A DNA stretch of 64,000 nt, taken from Minisyncoccota bacterium (GTDB lineage Bacteria > Patescibacteriota > Minisyncoccia > Phycocordibacterales > PALSA-1337). Of this stretch, positions 1 through 9,069 are shown one piece after another; positions within the stretch are counted from its first letter, which is position 1; each line of letters begins with the position of its first letter. The stretch lies in assembly GCA_018060945.1 (NCBI GenBank), contig JAGOVB010000002.1, positions 975 to 64,974 on the forward strand, written 5' to 3'. The notes beneath the pieces were generated by a model that ran no database searches, was not told the DNA's origin, and worked only from the letters and a program-made list of their open reading frames with translations. The position numbers and the translations under genes were made by a program.

Positions 1-11
1 ATGAGCCGTAG

Positions 12-62
12 TGGTCATAGCCAAGAAATGCCGATAAATTCAGCACCTTTTGGCTATGACCA
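12..62 (-). ncRNA. Long imperfect hairpin (candidate sRNA or 5' leader element) downstream of the 96..124 promoter
   Basis: A 13-bp perfect stem TGGTCATAGCCAA (12..24) pairs with TTGGCTATGACCA (50..62). An inner 7-bp stem (28..34 / 40..46) has two G-U pairs on the minus strand that become A-C mismatches on the plus strand, so the minus strand is the likely RNA sense. Confidence 0.35.
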
Positions 63-95
63 TTTCACAAGTTGGTATCAAAGAACTACGCATAT

Positions 96-124
96 ATTAT
101 ACACCCATTATACTGTATTGTCAA
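96..124 (-). promoter_or_regulatory. Consensus sigma70-type promoter firing toward the window start
   Basis: The minus strand reads TTGACA (124..119), a 17-nt spacer, then TATAAT (101..96). Confidence 0.5.
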
Positions 125-157
125 TACTACCTGATTAGAATACGGTAATTCATTTAA

Positions 158-1063
158 TTAATTAACTAATTTTATAGAATTTCTTTCTGTATTAATATAA
201 ATTACATTACCATCTCTAATACATTGAGTTGCTATCTTAGTCCCAGTAATACAAGGTTTCTTCAATTCTCTTGCAATTATCGCCGCATGACTCGTCACCC
301 CTCCCTCATCCGTCACTATCCCCGCGGCTTTGTGGAGTATCGGTAAGTAGAGAGGTGTGGTCATGGGAGCGACGAGGATGTCGCCTTCGTTTAGTTTGTG
401 AAAGTCTTTGGGTGAGAGGATGATTTTGGCGATGCCTTTTACATTGCCTTTGTAGGCAACATTCCCTTTTATTTCTTTTACCTTCTCCACCACTTCCTCA
501 ACATACTCAAAATTATTTTTCTTTAAAAACTCATCCCATGAAAGCGGGACATAGGCGCCCGAGTGAAATATAAAAGTATCTGGCACAGGTACATGTTCGA
601 CTGCTTTGTAAAAAGGCTCGAGTGCAGTATCGACGAGTTCGCGGTATATGCGGCAGCGATTTATGATCTCTTCACTCCGATCATTTTGTATATCCGCACT
701 CCACATATTTGAAATATAGTATGGGACAACTGCGTGGACGTAGAGTCGAGCAAAACTGTCGACGAGCTCGGGGATGCTTACTTTGTCGTGCAGCTTTTGC
801 TTGAACTGTTGTATCAAGTCTTTGCAAACATCAATATTGGTTTTAAATGCATCTGAGTACGCATAGGCAAACATCAATGGCTTTAGTCGCGCATGCTCCT
901 CTTCGGCTCGGATAGAGTCCATCCGCTCACCATCGTACTTCATGATGTAGTGCTCGTATGCATCCCCGATGAGATCACGGAGATATTTTGTCTGAGCCAA
1001 AGAGGCTGCCTCAAACATCGGTGGAGCTATGTATCGAGTGCCCATTTTCTGAAGGCGGATCAT
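158..1063 (-). CDS. PEP-utilising-enzyme mobile (swivelling phosphohistidine) domain protein; no ATP-grasp domain
   Basis: 301-aa ORF. The C-terminus GGVTSHAAIIARELKKPCITGTKIAT matches the PpsA/PPDK phosphohistidine swivel motif. TGATATATT lies 6 nt upstream of the ATG. Confidence 0.75.
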   Translation of the reverse strand: MIRLQKMGTRYIAPPMFEAASLAQTKYLRDLIGDAYEHYIMKYDGERMDSIRAEEEHARLKPLMFAYAYSDAFKTNIDVCKDLIQQFKQKLHDKVSIPELVDSFARLYVHAVVPYYISNMWSADIQNDRSEEIINRCRIYRELVDTALEPFYKAVEHVPVPDTFIFHSGAYVPLSWDEFLKKNNFEYVEEVVEKVKEIKGNVAYKGNVKGIAKIILSPKDFHKLNEGDILVAPMTTPLYLPILHKAAGIVTDEGGVTSHAAIIARELKKPCITGTKIATQCIRDGNVIYINTERNSIKLVN

Positions 1064-1174
1064 GAGATTAATATATCATTTTATTGGTAGGTCCGAGGGG
1101 CTTGATTGTATACGTTATGTGTGTTATAATATATGAGTTAGCGTTTCAACAACAAACCAAGAGAAAGAAGTTTC

Positions 1175-1645
1175 TTGAAAATTCACATTTTGACCCACGG
1201 CGACAAAGAAGCAGGTGTGGACCCTTGCCTTACCCAAACCGGTGTGCGGCAGATTGAGAGCGTCACCCTGCCATCCACTGTTTTTCAGATCATCTCCGGA
1301 ACCGGCAACCGTTTCCAACAATCTGCAGAAATTGTCCGCAGGAGACTGGGCCACGAAAAAGACACCAGGTTTTCCCCCCTTTGCGGTTCTGCCGACAGTG
1401 GAGAAAAGGCCGAGTCGGGTTTCCAAGTGATTCTGGCAAATGGCAGAGTGGTGCCACTAGGCGACTATATCGGCCTCATTGGTACTCCGGGAGTTAACGT
1501 CAATGCCTTTCTGAATGCACTGCCCGAAAACACCCTACTCATTGCAGGACGAGAACTGCTGGGTGCGCTCGGGTACAAGGATGCTCTGTCCGGCGTTGTT
1601 TACGGCTATGATGGAGAAACTGTTTATGCAGGCATTCTGACGTGA
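1175..1645 (+). CDS. Small histidine-phosphatase-superfamily (SixA/PGAM-like) protein, divergent
   Basis: 156-aa ORF in a GC-rich patch. It has MKIHILTHGD (RHG motif with R replaced by T), LTQTG, and SGTGNRFQQSAEI resembling S..RA.QTA. The second catalytic His region reads IAGRE (no His). Its size is like SixA. Confidence 0.35.
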   Translation: MKIHILTHGDKEAGVDPCLTQTGVRQIESVTLPSTVFQIISGTGNRFQQSAEIVRRRLGHEKDTRFSPLCGSADSGEKAESGFQVILANGRVVPLGDYIGLIGTPGVNVNAFLNALPENTLLIAGRELLGALGYKDALSGVVYGYDGETVYAGILT

Positions 1646-1699
1646 ACAAATTTGTCTTCAGCACCCCCAACTGCGCTGCCACTTCGGCGGCGCGGTTTT

Positions 1700-2971
1700 T
1701 TATTTGATCAATTTTACAATTCCCTTTTCTGCATCCACCTCAACAAGGTCGCCGTCTTTGAGGACTTTGGTTGCTATTTTGGTACCGATAATGCAAGGCT
1801 TCTTCATTTCTCGTGCGACGATAGCGGCGTGTGAAGTAATTCCTCCAATGTCGGTAACAAAGGCTCCCGCTCGCTGCATTGCAGGCAAAAAATCTGGTGT
1901 CGACATTGTCGCAACCAAGATATCACCTTTTTCTATTTTGTATGAGTCTTTGGGCGACAAAATGATCTTTGCCCTACCAGTAACTTTTCCTTTAAAAGCA
2001 ATCGCACCCTTAATCTCTGAACCCAAGAATTCATCTGTTTTCTGGGCAAGCTCTCTAGTGAAATCTATCTTATAGCCCGCCTCATCAACCGTTATTACAA
2101 AGCTCTTTCTATCTCCGCCGATATTTATAAACCCGTTTTTAAATAAATTAGCCAAATCTTCTAAGGTCAGATCCAACAGAGAGTCATAAGTAAATTTGTC
2201 TGAATAGTTTGATATGACATACTGTCTAAAAACATATATTCCGTAACACATCGCCTCCCACTGTTTTGTACGCAGTTCAAGTAATCGAGCAAGGTAATTC
2301 AAGAGTGTTGAATTCGATTGACTAGTACTTACCACTTCACCCTTCTTCACATCTGAGTTTTTGATCATGTCGAAAACATCGATATTGCTCCATGGTTGGC
2401 CACCAAAAAACTTCATACCCAAATATCCGTATTTTTTAACTATATCTTCTATTTCACGAGCAAGACTTTCTGGTGCTGCACCAAACTCAGATAAATCAGG
2501 ATATGCAGTTTTAAGTGCCGCAATCTGACTTGAAACTCTAGTAACATCTGTTGTTGCTTTTGGTGCATCGTTTAAAGAAAGACCTTCGGACTCAACCCTC
2601 TTTAGCACGGACTCTTCAAATACAAAATACGCGATCGGAGCAACTGCCATCTGAGTTTTCTTGATCCACTCCTCGACGTCGATAGCTTTATCTTTAATTG
2701 AATCGATATACTCACGATAAGAATTTATTGCTGATTCTATATCTTCTATTAAAAGTGCACACTGCTCGTCTTTAAGTGTGATACTTCTAAGCTCATCCAT
2801 ATGATCTTTTGACCAGTAGATATCTCCTGAGTTATGTACATATTTAACAAAAGGTACTTTGAATGAAGCACCGTAACGCGACATGTCACAATACTTATAA
2901 AAACCGCCCAACACCATTTCTTGAGTCATTAAATCGGACTTGTGATTTCTAATTAACTCCCATGTTATCAT
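1700..2971 (-). CDS. PEP-utilising-enzyme mobile domain protein; no ATP-grasp domain
   Basis: 423-aa ORF with C-terminus GGITSHAAIVAREMKKPCIIGTKIAT. Its ATG overlaps the upstream gene's stop codon (ATGA at 2968..2971). Confidence 0.75.
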   Translation of the reverse strand: MITWELIRNHKSDLMTQEMVLGGFYKYCDMSRYGASFKVPFVKYVHNSGDIYWSKDHMDELRSITLKDEQCALLIEDIESAINSYREYIDSIKDKAIDVEEWIKKTQMAVAPIAYFVFEESVLKRVESEGLSLNDAPKATTDVTRVSSQIAALKTAYPDLSEFGAAPESLAREIEDIVKKYGYLGMKFFGGQPWSNIDVFDMIKNSDVKKGEVVSTSQSNSTLLNYLARLLELRTKQWEAMCYGIYVFRQYVISNYSDKFTYDSLLDLTLEDLANLFKNGFINIGGDRKSFVITVDEAGYKIDFTRELAQKTDEFLGSEIKGAIAFKGKVTGRAKIILSPKDSYKIEKGDILVATMSTPDFLPAMQRAGAFVTDIGGITSHAAIVAREMKKPCIIGTKIATKVLKDGDLVEVDAEKGIVKLIK

Positions 2972-4458
2972 TTTAGTATCCTAACTATACCCTTTTCTGC
3001 ATCTACTTCAACTAGGTCGCCTGTTTTGATTACATCGGTCGCAATTTTGGTGCCAATAACGCAGGGTCTTCGTAACTCACGTGACATGATTGCAGCGTGA
3101 CATAACACCCCTCCTTCATTGGTTATGATTGCAGCGGATATTTTCATTGCAGGAACAAGGTCTGGGGCGGTCATGGTTGTTACCAAGATTTCGCCTTCTT
3201 GCAACTCTGCCGCGTGTTTTCTATCTAAAATAACTCTGGCTCTTGCTGTTACTTTTCCTGGGTACGCTACCTGCCCCTTCAACTCTCTGATTTCTTTATT
3301 GTTATTTTGCGGCAATACGAGCTTTTCGAGTGCGTCGATATCATTGCCTGTCACAAGAACCGAAGTAAAAGGACCGATAAAGTAACCGTATCCTTTCTCA
3401 GTCCTATTTTTAATAACAGACTGCTCTAGAGCGAGTTTTCCAGCTTTGAGACTATCGATCATCTCTTTATATGTCATATTCAAAACTTCTACAACAGTTA
3501 GACCAAAATTATTCCCAATAAATTCAAATAATGGTTTATAGACACCATTTACTAACATAAAATGATCCACCGATTCTGTACGCAAGTACATAAACCATCG
3601 AACAAAATTAATTTTGTTTTTGAGAGTATCTGACAAATTTACAGACTCAAGCAAACTATTCGCATCAGTTATTTCCTTGTCTGCTTGTTCCAGCAGATCT
3701 TTTTGCTTTTTGAACTCATTCGGATCATTCAGAGGCTTTATTCGCCCACGATAGTATTCTTCATCAAAAAACTGATCGTCAATATCATGGACTGATAGAT
3801 GGCGGTATGTTTTTACATGAGCTTGAAGTGCAGTATTAAATTCTTCACCTTGTAGATTAACTAGTTTTAAAATATCTCTTTGTTCTTTACTCGAGAGCGG
3901 CAACTGCATAGTTCGATAAACTGAATCAAGAAAGTTGGTCAGCTCACTTTCTGACGCTGTCCAACTAGCTTTTATTTGACGGTCAATCTCCTCTTTCATA
4001 GGATCGACAGCAAACCAAAGGAATGCGAGGCTAAAAAACTTTACCCAGTAATCTACGAATGTATCTACAGACTCAACCACGCTTCCATTGGTCAGTGCGA
4101 CCTGAGGTATATCGGCCGCAATTTTCTTTTGCATTTCTATTACATTTTGCAATTCTTTCACTAATGAACCAGCGAAAGACGCGTCCTCGTCTATTTTCTT
4201 GAGCCACAGCTCAGCTGCTTCTTTGTTTACATTCTCACTTTGAAAGACTCGCTTGACGGCACTTTTCCCAGATTCATAAAAGGCAAACTTAATCCCCCAG
4301 CGTTCTTGTGCTACATCATGACTGTATCGATATGCATCTTGAAAAAATACATTTCGTCTTCGGATAAAAGCCATACCGAATGGTGACTTTTTAATAAAAT
4401 CAATATCACTTTTCAGTGAGTTGGGGTCTAAGTTAAAAATGGGGTTGGTCAGAATCAT
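2968..4458 (-). CDS. PEP-utilising-enzyme mobile domain protein; no ATP-grasp domain
   Basis: 496-aa ORF with C-terminus GGVLCHAAIMSRELRRPCVIGTKIAT. It shares an ATGA overlap with the upstream gene at 4455..4458. Confidence 0.75.
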   Translation of the reverse strand: MILTNPIFNLDPNSLKSDIDFIKKSPFGMAFIRRRNVFFQDAYRYSHDVAQERWGIKFAFYESGKSAVKRVFQSENVNKEAAELWLKKIDEDASFAGSLVKELQNVIEMQKKIAADIPQVALTNGSVVESVDTFVDYWVKFFSLAFLWFAVDPMKEEIDRQIKASWTASESELTNFLDSVYRTMQLPLSSKEQRDILKLVNLQGEEFNTALQAHVKTYRHLSVHDIDDQFFDEEYYRGRIKPLNDPNEFKKQKDLLEQADKEITDANSLLESVNLSDTLKNKINFVRWFMYLRTESVDHFMLVNGVYKPLFEFIGNNFGLTVVEVLNMTYKEMIDSLKAGKLALEQSVIKNRTEKGYGYFIGPFTSVLVTGNDIDALEKLVLPQNNNKEIRELKGQVAYPGKVTARARVILDRKHAAELQEGEILVTTMTAPDLVPAMKISAAIITNEGGVLCHAAIMSRELRRPCVIGTKIATDVIKTGDLVEVDAEKGIVRILK

Positions 4459-6512
4459 TTTATTATCCTAACTATACCCTTTTCTGCATCTACTTCAACT
4501 ATATCGCCATCTTTGAGGACTTTGGTAGCGGTTTTTGTACCTATAACACACGGTATTTTAAATTCTCGTGAGACAATCGCAGCATGGCACATGATTCCGC
4601 CTTCATCGGTGACAATGGCACCTGCTTTCTTGATAATTGGAACGAGGTCTGGATTTGTATTTAATGAAACTAGAATATCACCTTGATTAAATTCTTTAAC
4701 ATCTTCTAGAATGTTAACAATACGAACTGTTCCTTTTGCATACCCTGGAAACGCAATAGCGCCTTTTAGTATGTCTGTACTTTCAACATATTCGTTTAGT
4801 ACTGGGATTTCCTTTTCATATGTACTATCAAAAGAAAAGATCAATTTATTATCAGGTATATTATTCCACAATAGTGACCAGGCCTTTCTCTGCTGTAATT
4901 CTTCCTTATTTATTCCGTTTGTATCAATATTTCTTATCTCATCGGGCGCCATAAAATGAACGTAAACAGGATCAATATCATATTTTTTACCCAATTCATC
5001 AAACCAAGAATTTAAAATAGTTCTTTCGAGTTCTGTATATTTCGATGTGTTTCTTAGTGGCTCGTACATATCTAGAACATCACTAAACTGTTGTCTTTTT
5101 ACTCCTTTCGTCAATTCTGTATCAATTGTCGAAAGCACAAGATACGGCATAGTCGCAGTATAGAGTAGTATGTTTATGAAGTCTTCGTAAAATGTATTAA
5201 AAGATTCAACTGAAAAAGGTATCGACTTCTTTTTGAAATCATTAAGCCATTTGTCGGCAAGCTGCTGAACTTCCGAGCCCTTTTTTGCCCATGCTGTAAT
5301 ACGAGAATCTTTGTTTCGAATAAGTGCCAGAAAGTGCTGATCACATTTTACAAACTCCTCAGCCGCTCTAAAATGCACCCCAGTATCCCCAGTCCATTTA
5401 TATAGATGGTGATAAAATCTAAAACCACAAATATCTGGCATTCTTTGTGCTTCTATTTCAATAAATGGGAAATAAATAAACGGTGTTCTTTTCCTTTCAA
5501 GAAATTTTACCCAATTTACTTTCTTACCTTCCCAAGTGACGGGGTAACCCTTATCTTCTACTTGCCTGGGACTCAACGTCGTAATCGGTCGACTCTGCAC
5601 GACATAGAACTTCCCTCCTTCATATGCCCATTCGATATCACATGGAAAGCCGTAGTGATTTTCGATGTTTAGAATAATTCCAGAAAGCTCGAAAATATCT
5701 GTTTCGTTGAGTACTTGTGAGCTCGCTTTTGGCTCTGGTATATCTCGCCACTCATTGCCACCACCTTCGATACGATAGAGTGCACGCTCCTGTGTAGATA
5801 CATTGACATCGATGATCTTTCGAGGTTCTTTTTCTACTACATAGCTATCCGGTGTGACTGATCCAGAAACGATCGCTTCTCCCAAACCAAAACCTGCTTC
5901 GATAATGAGCTGATTGTAGTCTTCAGTGACTGGGTGCACAGAGAAAGCAATTCCTGAAACTTCAGAGTTGACCATCTTTTGGACGACTACAGCTACAGAG
6001 ATCTTTGTGGTGTGTAGTCCCTTTTCAAAACGATAAAAGATGGCGCGTGGAGTAAAGAGTGATGCCCAGCAATGTTTTACTTTTTCCAAGACTCCGTCTT
6101 TTGTAATATTCAAATAGCTCTCGAGCTGTCCTGCCCATGCATGTTCTTTTCCATCTTCTGCTGTTGCTGATGATCGTACTGCGACGTATTTTGTGTCGAG
6201 TGCAGCAAAAGCCTTTTCGATATCTGCTTCGATATCTTTTGGCATGTCTTTTGAGAGGATGAGCTCTTTTATCTTTTCGCTCGCCGACTCTACGGTGTGG
6301 ATCGCCTTGTGATCGACTGATTCGAGAATAGCGTCGATCTCCTGCACGAGGTCTGTTTCTTTTATAAATTGTTCAAATGAGTTTGAAAGCACAACAAAGC
6401 CAGGCGGTACCGGTATACCTGACTGTGACATCTCACCGAGCGATGCACCTTTCCCTCCGGCAATATCTGCGTCTGTTTTAGATAGCTTTGAGAAATGACG
6501 TACGAGTTCCAT
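4455..6512 (-). CDS. PpsA/PPDK-like kinase: N-terminal PEP/pyruvate-binding ATP-grasp domain, a middle domain and a C-terminal swivel His domain (rifampicin-phosphotransferase-like layout)
   Basis: 685-aa ORF. The N-terminus has DIAGGKGASLGEM ... FYVVQSRPITTL (PPDK_N type). The C-terminus is GGIMCHAAIVSREFKIPCVIGTKTAT. No TIM-barrel PEP-binding domain is present. Confidence 0.8.
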   Translation of the reverse strand: MELVRHFSKLSKTDADIAGGKGASLGEMSQSGIPVPPGFVVLSNSFEQFIKETDLVQEIDAILESVDHKAIHTVESASEKIKELILSKDMPKDIEADIEKAFAALDTKYVAVRSSATAEDGKEHAWAGQLESYLNITKDGVLEKVKHCWASLFTPRAIFYRFEKGLHTTKISVAVVVQKMVNSEVSGIAFSVHPVTEDYNQLIIEAGFGLGEAIVSGSVTPDSYVVEKEPRKIIDVNVSTQERALYRIEGGGNEWRDIPEPKASSQVLNETDIFELSGIILNIENHYGFPCDIEWAYEGGKFYVVQSRPITTLSPRQVEDKGYPVTWEGKKVNWVKFLERKRTPFIYFPFIEIEAQRMPDICGFRFYHHLYKWTGDTGVHFRAAEEFVKCDQHFLALIRNKDSRITAWAKKGSEVQQLADKWLNDFKKKSIPFSVESFNTFYEDFINILLYTATMPYLVLSTIDTELTKGVKRQQFSDVLDMYEPLRNTSKYTELERTILNSWFDELGKKYDIDPVYVHFMAPDEIRNIDTNGINKEELQQRKAWSLLWNNIPDNKLIFSFDSTYEKEIPVLNEYVESTDILKGAIAFPGYAKGTVRIVNILEDVKEFNQGDILVSLNTNPDLVPIIKKAGAIVTDEGGIMCHAAIVSREFKIPCVIGTKTATKVLKDGDIVEVDAEKGIVRIIK

Positions 6513-6598
6513 ATGGATATTTAAACACTAATATACGATGTTTTCAACTTCTTCCCCTTCTCAAACCGCTCTATCGTTGACTGGGTCGTCAGCACACA

Positions 6599-6892
6599 TC
6601 AAAATCCCATAATGATTTTAATTAATATATACGGAACAATTGCGATAAGAATAATTGATGAAATAGAAAGGATTATTGAATCATTATTATTTTTGTTTTT
6701 TGTTCTAGATTTAATTAATACATATATTCCAATTAACAAGGAACACAAAGCTAATACAGTACCAATGACTAATTCAATTCTAAATAATTCAAACCCTAGA
6801 GCTAGTAGTATTAAAGGGGTAAAAGATATCACCAAACCGAACGGTGTTAGCCATGTCGTATAGATAATTAAGAGTTTATTTGTTTTATTCAT
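6599..6892 (-). CDS. Small hypothetical membrane protein
   Basis: 97-aa ORF with about 3 hydrophobic helices. No recognisable motif. Confidence 0.35.
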   Translation of the reverse strand: MNKTNKLLIIYTTWLTPFGLVISFTPLILLALGFELFRIELVIGTVLALCSLLIGIYVLIKSRTKNKNNNDSIILSISSIILIAIVPYILIKIIMGF

Positions 6893-6947
6893 GAGAAAAC
6901 TATATCACATTTTCCAAATTTGGTGACCTATAGCAAGGCTTTTAGAT

Positions 6948-7244
6948 TTATCTATATTCATCTGGAATAGGCATATCAACTCCATTAACGTTTAGAGTTG
7001 GGGCTCTATTTGAAAATTCGAACAAGAGAAAACCTGGTCCTACCAAGCAAATTATAATTGTTATTGCTAAAAAGATTTTATTTTGTATTTTAGTTACAAA
7101 AATTAATAGGCAAAAAATGCTAGCAACAATCATTGGTATGTAATATCCCAATAAAAACTCCATAAACATGGGGACTTGATTCACAAAGAGATACCCAAGC
7201 CCGAGTAAGTTCATTATAAACAGGACTAATATTATTTTTTTCAT
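6948..7244 (-). CDS. Small hypothetical membrane protein
   Basis: 98-aa ORF with hydrophobic helices. No recognisable motif. Confidence 0.35.
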   Translation of the reverse strand: MKKIILVLFIMNLLGLGYLFVNQVPMFMEFLLGYYIPMIVASIFCLLIFVTKIQNKIFLAITIIICLVGPGFLLFEFSNRAPTLNVNGVDMPIPDEYR

Positions 7245-7311
7245 TGTGTTTAATTTAAATCAAATATGTTGACATTACTATACCACGAATATTGGACCGC
7301 TTATTCCATTT

Positions 7312-7704
7312 CTAATTGGTAGCTTTCAAATTCTTGACTGCTCTGATCATCACAATAATATTTATAACAAGAGCTATGGTATAACCTACCGCAATACTGC
7401 CAACTGCCCAGAAAACATTAAAAAAATTAAAAAAACCATGACTTTTCTGTGCCAAAAACAAAAGACCTACTATAAAAAAGTAGACATTTACCTGACTTGC
7501 ATTCCTAGCCAAATCACCAGTGTAATTCTTTAATATTTTAACGATCTCACACGCAATTAATGTAACTATTAGGACTATAAATAAAATTGAGGCAAATTCT
7601 ATTCCGTATCCATCTGTGTAAGAAGAATAACTTGTGCCAATCAAAGCCACCAAACCTAGCAAGGAAACGAGTCCGCTCGCACCATAAAAAAGTTTATTTT
7701 TCAT
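7312..7704 (-). CDS. Hypothetical membrane protein
   Basis: 130-aa ORF with 4 predicted hydrophobic helices. Confidence 0.4.
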   Translation of the reverse strand: MKNKLFYGASGLVSLLGLVALIGTSYSSYTDGYGIEFASILFIVLIVTLIACEIVKILKNYTGDLARNASQVNVYFFIVGLLFLAQKSHGFFNFFNVFWAVGSIAVGYTIALVINIIVMIRAVKNLKATN

Positions 7705-7736
7705 AAGTATAATTATACAATAACTTCCAAATTCTG

Positions 7737-7808
7737 TGACCCTACAGGGAATCGAACCCTGCTTTAAGCCTTGAGAAGGCCTTGTCCTAGCCGATAGACG
7801 ATAGGGCC
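7737..7808 (-). tRNA. tRNA-Glu (anticodon CUC)
   Basis: Folded by hand into a cloverleaf: acceptor GGCCCTA/TAGGGTC, D stem GTCT/GGAC, anticodon stem AGGCC/GGCTT with loop TTCTCAA, T arm CAGGG-TTCGATT-CCCTG, discriminator A. CCA is not encoded. Confidence 0.85.
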
Positions 7809-7827
7809 GGTTTTATCTTTGTATTTG

Positions 7828-9069
7828 CTATCTATTTAGCCACTCTTTTTCCTGGCGTACTAATACATTAGCAGAATCTATACTTGGGTCAAGCAAGACT
7901 TTGACGATACGCTCCATGCGTATTCCCTGCGATCCTTTGACCAAGACAATATCGCCATCACGAAGTAACGCAGGTACTTTTTCTGCGGCTTCGATAGAAG
8001 TGTTGAAATGATGCTGTGCATTCATCCCGCGTGAACGGAGGCCGACTGATATGACGATGTTGGCTGACTGACGTGCAGCATCTCCTACTTGGGCATGAGC
8101 CTCGACTGCGTACTTCCCTAGTTCAAGCATATCGCCGAGGATAGCGACCTTACGAGGTCCTTGTATATCTTTTAGAGTTTGGAGTGCACTGTACACAGCG
8201 TCAGGTGACGAGTTGTATGTGTCGTCCAAGAGCGTCATATTGTTTTTCCCTTTGAGAACATTCATACGTCCCCGCGGTGGAACGTGTGTTTCGAGTGCTT
8301 TTACGACAGTATCGAGCGATATACCTACCTTTTTCCCAACAATAGCGGCAACGATGAGTGGGTACACATGATGTGTCCCGACCACGCCTTTTGTCTGGAT
8401 ATTTTTTTCTTCTCCATCGACGACAAGTGTCATCGCCATGCCCGTCACTCGGCCATTTTCATATGCCAGTGAAATATTTTTAGCATTTGTATTTAATCCA
8501 AAGTGAATTGTCTCTTTTGCTTGGTCTGAGGTGATTGCTTTTACGATCTCATCATCAGAAGAAAGGATGAGGATACCATCTTTTTTGAGTCTCTTTGCGA
8601 GGTATGCTTTTTCTTTTGCGAGTTCCTCTGGGTCTTTGAAGTATTCAACATGAGCAGCGACTTTGCCAACACGAGTGATAATAGAGATGTCTGGGTGCAA
8701 CCAAGCTGTGAGATTTTTGATATCGTTTGGACGATCCGCACCGACTTCGAGGATGAGATACTCTGGGTATGCGTTGTTAAAGACGATGAGCTCGAGGCCA
8801 TGAAAGATATTTTTGAGCCATATAGATAGCGATGACCAACCGTTTGGACAACCGAGGATAGTGAGCGGCACTCCTAGCTCGCTATTGAAGCTCTTTTCGC
8901 TTTTGCGAACTTTGTGGGTAGAAGAAAGTGCAGTGTATATAGCGTCTTTGGTAGAAGTCTTACCCACACTCCCTGTAACTGCAATGATAAAAGGTTTATA
9001 CTTTTTCAAGACGAGCTGTGACTCGAATGATATGATTTCTACGATAATTTTTTTGAGTATAGATTTCAT
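7828..9069 (-). CDS. murF: UDP-N-acetylmuramoyl-tripeptide--D-alanyl-D-alanine ligase (Mur ligase family)
   Basis: 413 aa. It has the P-loop VTGSVGKTSTKDA, SFNSELGVPLTIL and EVGADRPNDI. It sits after ftsI in the dcw cluster. Confidence 0.8.
   Translation of the reverse strand: MKSILKKIIVEIISFESQLVLKKYKPFIIAVTGSVGKTSTKDAIYTALSSTHKVRKSEKSFNSELGVPLTILGCPNGWSSLSIWLKNIFHGLELIVFNNAYPEYLILEVGADRPNDIKNLTAWLHPDISIITRVGKVAAHVEYFKDPEELAKEKAYLAKRLKKDGILILSSDDEIVKAITSDQAKETIHFGLNTNAKNISLAYENGRVTGMAMTLVVDGEEKNIQTKGVVGTHHVYPLIVAAIVGKKVGISLDTVVKALETHVPPRGRMNVLKGKNNMTLLDDTYNSSPDAVYSALQTLKDIQGPRKVAILGDMLELGKYAVEAHAQVGDAARQSANIVISVGLRSRGMNAQHHFNTSIEAAEKVPALLRDGDIVLVKGSQGIRMERIVKVLLDPSIDSANVLVRQEKEWLNR

Noticed and set aside
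6551-6575. TCAAACCGCTCTATCGTTGACTGG as a further copy of the island repeat
   Set aside because: Only the first 7 nt and a TATC core match, so it is too weak to count without statistics.
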